From assembly GCF_009914755.1 (NCBI RefSeq), contig NC_060938.1: a stretch of DNA of 64,000 bases; one strand, given 5' to 3'. Source of the DNA: the human T2T-CHM13v2.0 reference genome, Homo sapiens. Of this stretch, positions 19,993-41,944 are shown piece after piece. Both the position numbers and the translations under genes were made by a program. The notes under the pieces are model-generated. The model did no database searches, was not told the DNA's origin, and saw only the letters and a program-made list of their open reading frames with translations. Numbering within the stretch: position 1 is the stretch's first letter; every line of letters begins with the position of its first letter.

Positions 19993-20814
19993 TCACAAGA
20001 AAGGGGTATACTGGGGGCAGGTGCTAAGTGGGAACTGAAAAAACAGAGGCTGTCCTGGGGCAATCTGTCCTCCTAAGTAATATTACATATAACCTGGATT
20101 CCAAAGGGAGCAAGAGACAAGCCTTTGGGCAACTGTATTTAATCAAATTGTGATGAGTAGAAATCCATGAAGGTTTTTGGGAGAAATTAAATACAGCATC
20201 TGAGACTTGAGTTCTAGTCCTGTTTATTCTAACATTGACTGTCTATGAGGTCATGGTCAAATAGTGTACCTTTACTCTTAATTCCATTCCCTCTTGTGCA
20301 AAATGAGAGAATTGAAGTAAAATATCTATAAACGACATTTCAGCTCTAAAACTTGAGGATTCTATGATAGGATATCCCTCTACAAATTTAATTTGGCTGC
20401 AGTATGGACGGTGGATTATTACAACAGCCTCCTAACTGATACATCTGCTTTCAGGCTTGCTCTACCTCCAAAATCATCTTTTTACTGACCACAAGAACCT
20501 TTCCTGATCAGGTCTGAATTTTATCCCGCTTAAAATTTTTCAAAGGTTTTCCAGAACTTTCAGAGCCTGGGGGACAGGGTGTGAACCTGTCTCAAAAAAA
20601 AAAAAAATCCTAAGTGTTAAATGAATGAATAAATGTATTGAAGCAAGAAGACCTGGTAAATTTAGCAACAGCTCTGTAGCAAAGTAATGCAGCTCTGAAT
20701 TGATACGGCAGTGCTAAGAATGGAAAGGTGGTCATTCATTAGTAAATAATCGTGGAAACACAATCTATAAGACATTCAAAGAGTGTCACTGATGAAAGGC
20801 AGAACTTAGAGGAG

Positions 20815-21380
20815 TGAAAGTTGCAGATACCAGGATGAAATCACTTTTGTCAGAACCAAACAAAATAGGGCCAGAAAGGCAAAAAGGAAAGGGCTCATGT
20901 TTGTATGTCTGAGATAAGAACTGTTTCTGAAGACTTTCTAAAAACTCCACAAGAGATCACTTCACATCCTTCACACATGTCCTCCTTTGCACAGTTGGCA
21001 GGTTTCAGACATATACATATATTTCTATGACAAGGCTTATCATTCTTTAGGACTGCAGTAATTTAGATAAGAAGCTCTCAAAAGAACACTTGCCCAGTAA
21101 CAGCATCTCCACCAATGAACTGATGACAGCTCTGGCTCTGAGCCTCTGGAACCAATGAACTCTGTTCATTGAACAGAACTCTTGCTTCTGTTTCCAAGCA
21201 GCTTTATTTGAACTTGCCCTTTTTGCCAATAAAAGCTTCCTTTTACCCTTCCCTCACTGGACGTACTTTTGGCTTGCCATTTCGTGCATCCTGAATTCTA
21301 ATATTCTCTTCCCATTTCTGAATAAATTCAACATATTTGGAGATATTTTTCTCCAGTCTTTTTTTTCCCTTTTTTGAGAC
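20815..21380 (+). mobile_element. ERV1-type solo LTR (MER34/MER39-like, family tentative)
   Basis: TGAAAG start, CCAATGAACT boxes, AATAAA, LTR-like composition. Confidence 0.5.
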
Positions 21381-22044
21381 TGAAAGAGGTCTGATGCTTA
21401 GGTGCATATTTTTTAACTATTTAGCTGTATTGAGTCTTAGATGATGTTTACCACTAAAAAAAAAACTAACTCCAACATCTGGATCAAATGTGCTAGGGCA
21501 AGCAAGTCTACACTGTCCATAGATTGTGACCTCGTTCTTTAAGAATCTGATGTGGGTGGGGCATGGTGGCTCATACCTGTAATCCGAGCACTTTGGGAGG
21601 CTGAGGCAGGAGGACAGCTTGAGGTCAGGAGTTCAAGACCAGACTAGGCAACATAGCAAGAACCCCCATCTCTAGCAAAAAGTAAAAAAACAAACAAAAA
21701 AACCACACACATCTGGCCATGGTGGCACGCACCTGTAGTCTCAGCTACTCGGGAGGCTGGGGTAGGAGGATGGCTTGAGCCCAGGAGTTTGAGGTTGCAG
21801 TGAGCTATGAATGTTGCCACTGCACTCCAGCCTGGGTGAAACCCTGTCTCCAAAACTAAGCTAAACTAAAAAAAAAAAAATTCTGATGTGACTGTGATTT
21901 TACTAGCTCAAACATAATGAGCTACAAAGTGAGCAAAGTTCACTATGACTACAAATGAAAAGTTGAAAGAAATCCATTGTCGGCAGGGCGCGGTGGCTCA
22001 CGCCTGTAATCCCAGCACTTTGGGAGGCTGGGGCGGGTGGATCA

Positions 22045-22389
<345 letters not shown>

Positions 22390-23026
22390 CTAAAGAAGGT
22401 TTAGCGGAAACTGAACTGGGATTTGATCATATTAATTAATATGAACAAAAAGAGAGAAAAGAATGTAGTTTGTAGGCCAGGTAGAAGAAGAACTAATTTT
22501 ATAGAAGAAAAACAAATCTAAATGTTGTATCTTTTATTTCTCTTGTCAAAAACTTGTAGTCCAATTATTTTTAACTCCTTATGTATTTCCATTTTCAGTC
22601 TGTCTACAAGGAAAACTGACTCGAGGTAATTAAGGATAGAGATCAAGGGGCAGATTTTATTTGTATGGTGGTAAAGTTCAAAGGGCTCTTTGCTCCACAA
22701 TCGATCCACTAAGACCAAAAACTTTAGGTGTACTCTAGAGTGTCACATCCAAGTATTTAAACCATTAAATTTGGGTGGACAAAGGGGAGGATGTGGAAAG
22801 GGAAATGAGATACCAAAAACTGATAGATGTTTAAAAAAGAGGTAGTTTGGAAACTACCTTTTTTGAGACTGACAATTAGGAAGATACATTTTTGGCAGTA
22901 TATACCACTGTTTCACTCTAAAATCACCGTTGAACTGTTATGTAACTTTCATCTATTTATTTAATTACTGAATCCATGCTTCAACAACCCAAGCCTAAGT
23001 AACACCAAATAAAGGACTGAGATTGA

Positions 23027-23326
<300 letters not shown>

Positions 23327-24002
23327 TAATTTTTGTATTTTTAGTAGAGACGGGGTTTCACCATGCTGGCCAGGCTGGTCTCCAACTCCCGACCTCAGGC
23401 GATTCTCCCGCCTCGGCCTCCCAAAGTGCTGGGATTACAGTCGTGAGCCACCGCGCCCGGCCTAGTTAATTTTTTAATTTAATTTTTTTGTGGAGACGAG
23501 GTCTCACTATTGCCCAGGCTAATCTCGAACTTCTGGGCTAAGCGATCCTCCTGCCTCGGGCCTCCCAAATTGTTGGGCTTACAGGCGTGAGCCACCGCAC
23601 CTGGCGGAACATTTCTACTCTAATGAAAATTATAACAGTTTTTACAGTTTTCCTAGCTCCCAACTGTACCTATAAGTTCAGAGTCCATTTAATGTACTTG
23701 TAATAATTCAGGCTGGTGTTTTATTATCTTTTCTACATTATTACCCTCTCAAAGAACAAAAGCAGGTAACTCCTATAAAGTCTAATAGTCTGAAAATTGT
23801 AGTGTCCGTTTTCTCTTTAGCCATAAAGTTTTGCTTAAATGCTGAGTCGCGTTTTAATGCTCTACTAGATGTACATATAAGAATACTAAATGGAGGGAAA
23901 GTAATTTCTTTTTTTTTTTTTTGAGACGGGGTCACTCAGGCTGGAGTGCCAGTGCGCGATTACAGCTCACCGGAGCCTCTCGACCTCCCCAGGCTCAAGT
24001 GA

Positions 24003-24200
<198 letters not shown>

Positions 24201-24409
24201 TAATTTTATCTTAATCACTTTTTTCCAGGAACTATTACGTTTCAAAGAATGAGGAATTAACTGACAACACTTCAGGTTCAACATGTAAATAGGGACGCTC
24301 ATTTGAGAATAAATCACATTTTGTCACAGTTGTATTGAAAAATCGGTATTTCTGAACGTCATTTTACCATTACGGAAGTATAACTCAGACACAATAAAAT
24401 GTTTAATAT

Positions 24410-24545
24410 ACGGCTAGGATTAGGTTAAGGTGAGAGAGGCGCCTAGAGCACAAATTTTAAGGAGGCAAGACCACGACCCCGACCGTGAGCGCCTCCTTAA
24501 CATTTGCTCCCCAGGCGCTTCCCACTCCCCAGCCGGGCCCCGTCC
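24410..24545. mobile_element. Palindromic DNA-transposon relic (MER91-like hAT MITE)
   Basis: Inverted arms GAGGCGCCTAGAGCACAAATTTTAAGGAGGC / GCCTCCTTAACATTTGCTCCCCAGGCGCTTC. Confidence 0.6.
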
Positions 24546-24699
24546 TAGTTCAATCAATCAAGAAAATCAAGAGTACGAAGGCCTTGTGCGGTCTGGACGG
24601 TCTTTCCACGTCTCAGGTGCAGTTAAGCCAGTCACACTCCATCCACCTACCCGCCATGAAAAATTATTTGTTCAGCAGGAATTGCCAAGTCAAATACAG

Positions 24700-26450
24700 C
24701 CATATAAAGCCCCCCTTCGACGTGCCAGGTGTGCCTCCGGAGAGCAGCCACCAAAACCACCAGCAGCCCGTCCGCGCCGGGAAATGCGCCCTCGCTGGCT
24801 TACGGGGCCACTCAGACAGTTCTAAGTGCCTTTCCCTGTAACGCAGAGGCACACCTGCCTTCCCTCGGGAAACAGCGGCCCGACGTGCGCCGGCAACGCG
24901 TAAAGCGTCAACAGCTGAAACCCTCGGAATCCTCCCCGAACAGAAACAACCACCGCTGCCAGCTGCGCGCTCGGGGGAAAAGACGTTGCGCCCCCGCCGA
25001 CTGCCGGTTTCCCGGGCGCGAGCCCGGATCCAGGTGGTCAGTCCCGGTACGCAACCACGGCGAGAACCCGGCCCTGCTAAGGGAGAAGGGAAGCCGTTTC
25101 CCGCGGGCTTCATACAGACACGGTGCTAAGACAGCCCGAGTCGCGGACCAGTCCAACAGGCAGGCAGATCAGTGGGCAGCCCGCGTGCGCGAGGACCCCG
25201 ATGGCGGCGCCGGGTGGCGGGAAGGAGGAAGTTTCAAAGCCAGCTTGACCTGGTTGTGGCCGTTGGGCGAGATGAAGCTACACTGTGAGGTGGAGGTGAT
25301 CAGCCGGCACTTGCCCGCCTTGGGGCTTAGGAACCGGGGCAAGGGCGTCCGAGCCGTGTTGAGCCTCTGTCAGCAGACTTCCAGGAGTCAGCCGCCGGTC
25401 CGAGCCTTCCTGCTCATCTCCACCCTGAAGGACAAGCGCGGGACCCGCTATGAGGTGCGTGAAGTGGGCAGGCCCTGTCAGTCTCGCGTTCTTCTTGGAA
25501 GCCGAGACGCGGGCCACCCTCGGTCCTCATGCTCCCGGCTGCTCCCTAGGCGAAAGCCCGCCTTGGGGGTTCCTGAACTCCCAGCCTTGAGACCTACCAT
25601 CAGCCCGACCCCAGGGTCCTGTGCGTCTTCCTACGGACCCGAAAGAAGAAAGCTTTGAGAGTGTACCTTTTCGCTATTTTTCCTCCCCACTTTTACGACT
25701 TTGAATTTACAGTGTTGCTATTTAGTAGTGGATGGCAATCCCGCCTGTTTCAAGTTTCTGAAATTTTGCGTGAAACAAGCGCAAATGAAGCAGCTGTCCA
25801 GTTGGGGAACAGTAAAATAACTGCAGTTCTGTTCAGTGAATTCTTTCTCCCACAATATTCTCCCTAGCTTAAAAAAGCAGGTCGCAGGTCGGCCGCCCTC
25901 CCCACAGTTGCCGTCTCCCCCGGGGCCGGCCGGTCTTATGATCCGGCGGATCCTCCTGGGGAGGCCGGGACGGGGAGAGGGCGCGGGCGCCGAGTGGCGG
26001 GGGCAGCGGGCGGGCGCGGCGACCGGGGCCGGGGCGGGGATCCGGGCGGCGACCGCGGCGGCGGCAGCGCCGCGGGCCTGCCGCCCTCTCCCCTCCGGCG
26101 AGGGGAGTCGCTGCTTGGGGCTGGGGGGGCGGCCCCGCGGCGTGGAGCGGCGGCGACGGCGGCGGACCCTCCAGGCGGGCTGAGGCTGAGCCCGGGGCCG
26201 GGGCGGGGGCTCCGGGGGGACCATGCCCGGAGGCCGGCCGGCAGCAGCATCATGGCTCACGGGCCCGGCGCGCTGATGCTCAAGTGCGTGGTGGTCGGCG
26301 ACGGGGCGGTGGGCAAGACGTGCCTACTCATGAGCAGTGCCAACGACGCCTTCCCGGAGGAGTACGTGCCCACCGTCTTCGACCACTACACAGTCAGCGT
26401 CACCGTGGGGGGCAAGCAGTACCTCCTAGGACTCTATAACACCGCCGGAC
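24700..26450. promoter_or_regulatory. CpG island: LRR1 promoter, exon 1 and the 5' end of the RHOQ retrocopy
   Basis: High GC and CpG; E2F-like TTTCCCGCG 25097-25105 and TGGCGGGAA 25215-25223. Confidence 0.8.
25272..25454 (+). CDS. LRR1: LRR1 exon 1 (MKLHCEVEVISRHL..GTRYE), CRL2 substrate receptor
   Basis: ATG 25272, GT donor at 25455; exons total 183+99+722+241=1245 nt = 414 aa plus stop. Confidence 0.93.
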
Positions 26451-27488
26451 AGGAAGACTATGACCATCTGAGGCCTTTATCTTACCCAATGACCGACGTC
26501 TTCCTTATATGCTTCTCGGTGGTAAATCCAGCCTCATTTCAAAATGTGAGGGAGGAGTGGGTACCGGAACTTAAGGAATACGCACCAAATGTACCCTTTT
26601 TATTAATAGGAGCTCAGATTGATCTCCGAGATGACCCCAAAACTTTAGCAAGACTGAGTGATATGAAAGAAAAACCTATATGTGTGGAACAAGGACAGAA
26701 ACTAGCAAAAGAGATAGGAGCATGCTGCTATGTGGAATGTTCAGCTTTAACCCAGAAGGGATTGAAGACTGTTTTTGATGAGGCTATCATAGCCATTTTA
26801 ACTCCAAAGAAACACACTGTAAAAAAAAAAGAATAGGATCAAGATGTATAAACTGTTGTTTAATTACGTGAGAAACATCTTCAGTGGCCAAGGAAACTGT
26901 CCATTTCTCTCAGAAAGCAAATGAAATGCTGCAGCTATACCCAGACCTTTTATAGGTAATGAAGCAGTTCAAAACTTGAAAGAAAACAAAACCTGTCCTC
27001 AGAATTCTGTAAAGTTTATTAAGAATGTTCCTTAAAGATTTAAGAAGCAGTAAGCAGCATCTGAAGCCACAATCTATTATAAATACTTTATTTCAACTAG
27101 AAGGTACAATCTCTCAGGGGTTTCATAGTTTAAAAAGCTACAATTACATCATGTTGTAACTACATAAAAAACAGAGCTGTAGATGGAACTGCTTGGCTTT
27201 GACCATACACATTTCTGCACAGCCCTTACAGAATCTGCACAAAGAAATATCTCCCTTTTCTCCAGTTAATTGTTCTTGTATGTAAGTTGCTTTCTATTCC
27301 AGCATACCCAGAGTGGTGAAATAACAAGGCCAGCCACGTAGCCAAAGGTCGCTCCAAGCGTACAGGAGATGGGCCATACCTGAGGAGAGAATGTATGAGA
27401 TCAAAAAAGAACAAATGTTTTATTACTTGAGCACAAGTGTAACCTAAATATTTCTATATTAAAGCTTAATGTGCTTTCTTAAAAAAAA
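25888..27488 (+). pseudogene. RHOQP1: RHOQ (TC10) processed pseudogene in LRR1 intron 1; ORF 26252-26836
   Basis: Intronless [23 protein letters not shown]..; GC-rich 5' UTR; 3' UTR with ATTAAA 27458-27463 and short poly-A; TSD AAAAAGCAGGTCGCAG / AAAAATCAGGTCACAG; frameshift in the A10 run. Confidence 0.92.
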
Positions 27489-28625
27489 TCAGGTCACAGC
27501 ATCCTGCACTTGCCTTGTCTTGATATTTGTTATGCTTATAAGTACTTGTTTAATAACTATCTCTCATCAGATTGTCAACTCTTTAAGTGTAGTTACCCTG
27601 TCAGTCTTATTCATTGCTATGTCCCAAGCCCCTATTAGAGTACCTGGTACATAGTGGGTTCTGAATCAATAGTTGTTGAAATCTAAAGCAGATGCAACAG
27701 CAATCATTAATTTTTTTTAAATTTTAAATATGCCATTTATATAGATGATAATCATTAAATTTTTTTTGAGCACTCATTATGTGTCAGTCATCGTTCTAGC
27801 ACTCAGGATAGAATAGCAAAGGAGACAAGATTCCTGCTGTCATGGAGTTTGTATATAACCTACTGGGAGGTGTGCCCACCCCAGGCTAATGGACTGAAGT
27901 TATGAAGGCAAGTAACTGCTATTGGCAACTCTTCCTACAGTTACATAGTTGGAATGGGAGAAAAGGAGCATTCTCTCAAAACATGGTGATCCTGTTCTCA
28001 AAGGAGAGTTACTGGACAGACAGAGCAGTAACATCCACCACCAGCTAGATGAGGAGTATAACTTCCCAACTGCTAAAAAAAAAAAAAAAAAAAAAAACTT
28101 TAAAACTTGGCCACGCGCCGTGGCTCATGCCTGTAATCCCAGCACTTTGGTAGGCCCAGGCAGGCAGATCACTTGAGGCCAGGAGTTCTAGACCAGCTTG
28201 GCCAACATGATGAAACCCTGTTTCTACTAAAAATACAAAAATTAGCCGGGCATGGTGGCACGCACCTGTAATCCGAGCTACTCAGGAGGCTGAGTCATGG
28301 GAATTGCTTGAACCTGGGAAGTGGAGGTTGCAGTGATGGCACCACTTCACTCCATCCTGGGTGAGAGTGAGTGAGACTCTGTCTCAAAAAAAAACAACTT
28401 TTTTTTTTTTTTTTTTTTTTTTTGAGAAGGAGTCTCTTTCTGTTGCCCAGCCTGGAGTGCAGTGGCGTGATAAAAAGCTTTAAAACTTAAAATGAAAACA
28501 CTCAGACTCAAGGACTAAAAGCCAAACCAAAGCCTGGCAAAGTAACTGGCACATTCTAGTTGTAATAAATGTTACTGAGTAACAATAATTAGTTTTCTTC
28601 TTTTTTTTCTATTGGTTTTATGCAG

Positions 28626-28724
28626 CTAAGGGAGAACATTGAGCAATTCTTCACCAAATTTGTAGATGAGGGGAAAGCCACTGTTCGGTTAAAGGAGCCT
28701 CCTGTGGATATCTGTCTAAGTAAG
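28626..28724 (+). CDS. LRR1: LRR1 exon 2 (LRENIEQFFTKFVDEGKATVRLKEPPVDICLSK)
   Basis: Polypyrimidine tract/CAG acceptor and GTATG donor; 99 nt, in frame. Confidence 0.92.
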
Positions 28725-28774
28725 GTATGGTATTAAAAACATTAATGATTAATATTTGGCTGTATTTTCTTTAT

Positions 28775-33410
<4,636 letters not shown>

Positions 33411-33649
33411 GGCATGACTTCCCTTTGAACAGTTTTATTTAGAATGTGTCCCTCCACGTAATTTTTTTCAAAAACTTTTAAACTTGAAATTTAGTCAAAA
33501 TAAAGTACTAAAAAAAAGTTTTACAGTCAATTTCAGTAAATCATTTTATCACATTCATAAGTAATGCCATAGAATTTGTTATGGGAAGAACTAGCATGTA
33601 TGTATTATCTCCAGTGGAATTTATAATTCTACAACTTTTATTTATTCAG

Positions 33650-34371
33650 GCCATTTCCAGCAGTTTAAAAGGTTTCCTTTCAGCTATGAGACTGGCTCAT
33701 AGAGGCTGTAATGTTGATACACCAGTTTCAACGCTCACACCAGTGAAGACTTCAGAATTTGAAAACTTTAAAACTAAAATGGTTATCACATCCAAAAAAG
33801 ACTATCCTCTAAGTAAGAATTTTCCATATTCCTTGGAACATCTTCAGACTTCTTACTGTGGGCTTGTCCGAGTTGATATGCGTATGCTTTGCTTAAAAAG
33901 CCTTAGGAAATTAGACTTGAGTCACAACCATATAAAAAAGCTTCCAGCTACAATTGGAGACCTCATACACCTTCAAGAACTTAACCTGAATGACAATCAC
34001 TTGGAGTCATTTAGTGTAGCCTTGTGTCATTCTACACTCCAGAAGTCACTTCGGAGTTTGGACCTCAGCAAGAACAAAATCAAGGCACTCCCTGTGCAGT
34101 TTTGCCAGCTCCAGGAACTTAAGAATTTAAAACTTGACGATAATGAATTGATTCAATTTCCTTGCAAGATAGGACAACTAATAAACCTTCGCTTTTTGTC
34201 AGCAGCTCGAAATAAGCTTCCATTTTTGCCTAGTGAATTTAGAAATTTATCCCTTGAATACTTGGATCTTTTTGGAAATACTTTTGAACAACCAAAAGTC
34301 CTTCCAGTAATAAAGCTGCAAGCACCATTAACTTTATTGGAATCTTCTGCACGAACCATATTACATAATAG
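33650..34371 (+). CDS. LRR1: LRR1 exon 3 (leucine-rich repeats and BC-box-like LTLLESSARTI)
   Basis: CAG acceptor, GTAAG donor; LxxLxLxxNxL repeats. Confidence 0.95.
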
Positions 34372-34653
34372 GTAAGATTTTAATAGTCATGTAATGTGGT
34401 GTCTTTGATAGCATTCTAATATTCCTATCAAACTCAGAGTAATAAAGTCTAACATTGCTTACAGTGCTATGCACAGTCTGACCCTTTGCTATAATGGTCT
34501 TCTTGTTCCTTACCTCTGCTTAGAATGATTTTTCTCCAGGAAGTCTCATTGCTCACTCCCTCACTTCATTCAGTTTTCTGCCGAAGTGTCATCCCAGAAA
34601 GGTCTTACCTGTCCATTCTATCTAAATTTTATTCCTTCCCTCCTTACATTGCT

Positions 34654-34698
<45 letters not shown>

Positions 34699-34896
34699 GT
34701 CATAGGACTCATTGCCTGTTATATATATTTTTAAACTTTTTTTTTTGTTTACTGTCAGTTTTCCCCACTAGAATGTAAGATCCATCAGCACATGGATGTT
34801 GTTTTATTCTCCACTATTTCCCTAGGATCTAAACCATGTATCCCCTGCTCTTAGCATATATTAAGCACTCAATAAGTAGTTAAATGAATGAATGGC

Positions 34897-35068
34897 ATTG
34901 TTTCTCAAAGTGTGCTCCCCTGACCAGCAGGATCTGCATTACCTAGGAACTTCCTAGAGATGCAGGTTCTAACATTCCAGACCTACTGAATCAGAAACTG
35001 AGAGTGGGGTCCAGCTGTGTCTTAGTGAGTCTTCCAAGTGATTTTGATGTACTCTAAAATTAGAGAGT
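34897..35068. mobile_element. MER5A-like hAT-Charlie DNA transposon relic
   Basis: TTTCTCAAAGTGTG...CCAGACCTACTGAATCAGAAACT...GTGATTTTGATG. Confidence 0.75.
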
Positions 35069-35149
35069 TCGCATAGTGATGAAGGGTGGTCTTTGGAGTC
35101 AGACTTGGATTTGATTCCTGGCTTCACCACTTTGTATGACTTTAACCTC

Positions 35150-40051
<4,902 letters not shown>

Positions 40052-40482
40052 TCAAAAGTTTGACTTGGGCACCACTGAAGGGTTTTAAGTGTGAGAGTGA
40101 AATGCCTTAAGCAAGGTAAGGTTAGCCTTACTTGCCCAGCCACTAAAGTAAAACTCATGTCCCAAGTGACATGTATTTTAAATTTGTCTTAGAGAGTTTA
40201 AGTTTCCCTTTTGAACAATTGATCCCTGGAAGAGCCTATTTAAAGGACAGGTGACTTTTTCATTCCATTTAGGGAGTTATGCTATTAAGTGGTTGTGCTG
40301 GAAGATATTTTATGGTGTGGTATCTGAAGTTTACAATATGTCATATATTGTTTTTTAGTATATTTTAAATATACTAATCACTTAATAATTTTACTTTTCA
40401 TTGTTAAAATTCCATGTCCTAATAATTCATGTCCTGAATCTAGTAACATGTTATAAAATATTTTTATCATTCTTTCCAATAG

Positions 40483-40723
40483 GATTCCATATGGCTCTCA
40501 TATCATTCCATTCCATCTCTGCCAAGATTTGGATACCGCAAAAATTTGTGTTTGTGGAAGATTCTGTCTGAACTCTTTCATTCAAGGAACTACTACCATG
40601 AATCTGCATTCTGTTGCCCACACTGTGGTCTTAGTAGATAATTTGGGTGGTACTGAAGCACCTATTATCTCTTATTTCTGTTCTCTAGGCTGTTATGTTA
40701 ATTCCTCTGATATGTTAAAGTAA
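40483..40723 (+). CDS. LRR1: LRR1 exon 4 (IPYGSHIIPFHLCQDL..SSDMLK*); ATTAAA at 40878-40883
   Basis: TAG acceptor in phase 2, TAA at 40721-40723. Confidence 0.93.
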
Positions 40724-41540
40724 TGGGTGAGACCAGAAAAAGAAATTTCAATAACAGATCAGTTTGGGGTGCATGTATGATTTTGCAGCGTCAAATTGGA
40801 GTAAGGGAAGATTTCTGTATACTTGCTGGAGAGGAGGAATGTGTATAGTTACTCATTTAGATGACTCCAAAACTTTTATTAAAACCAATTTTAGTTTTAC
40901 TGTGGTGTTAACTTTTTTTTAATTTATTACACTTGTGTTTATTTCACCCTAAAGTTTCCAACATGGGTTGTGGAGATATCTTTTAATGTTAAACAGATAT
41001 TGATCCCAGTTAAACACATCTGAGTTTCTGTATGCAGAAAATATCTCTTGGAGGACTAATATGTCCTAAATTATAGTGAAAACTTGTTTATTATGAAATT
41101 ATATGTAAGTTTTTAAGCATACCACTTTTTGTGTTTTTCAGATACATTATTCTACATGTGGAATTTACATTTACCAAGCAAAAAGTAGGAATTGTTTCAG
41201 GAAAGACTTTAGCTTTTATAATTTTTAAAAATGTTCCCATAGTAGTTGTTGTGGTTTCTTTTTTTGTTTTTGTTTTTCTAAGATGGAGTCTCTGTCTCCC
41301 AGGCTGGAGTGCAGTGGCGCAATCTCGGCTCACTGCAACCTCCACCTCAGCCTCCTGAGTAGCTGGGGTTGCAGGCGCACGCCACCATACCCAGCTAATT
41401 TTTTGTATTTTTTGTATTTTTCAGCTAACTTTTTGTATTTTTCACGGTGTTTCACCATGTTGGCCAGGCTGGTCTTGAACTCCTGACCTCAAATGATCTA
41501 CCCATCTGGGCATCCCAGAGTGCTGGGATTACAGGCTTGA

Positions 41541-41944
<404 letters not shown>

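Noticed and set aside
24729-25658. 309-aa ORF as an extended LRR1
   Set aside because: Non-ATG start in a stop-poor CpG island; only 25272-25454 is the LRR1 exon.
25994-26251. N-terminal extension of the RHOQ-like ORF
   Set aside because: Non-ATG start in GC-rich copied 5' UTR.
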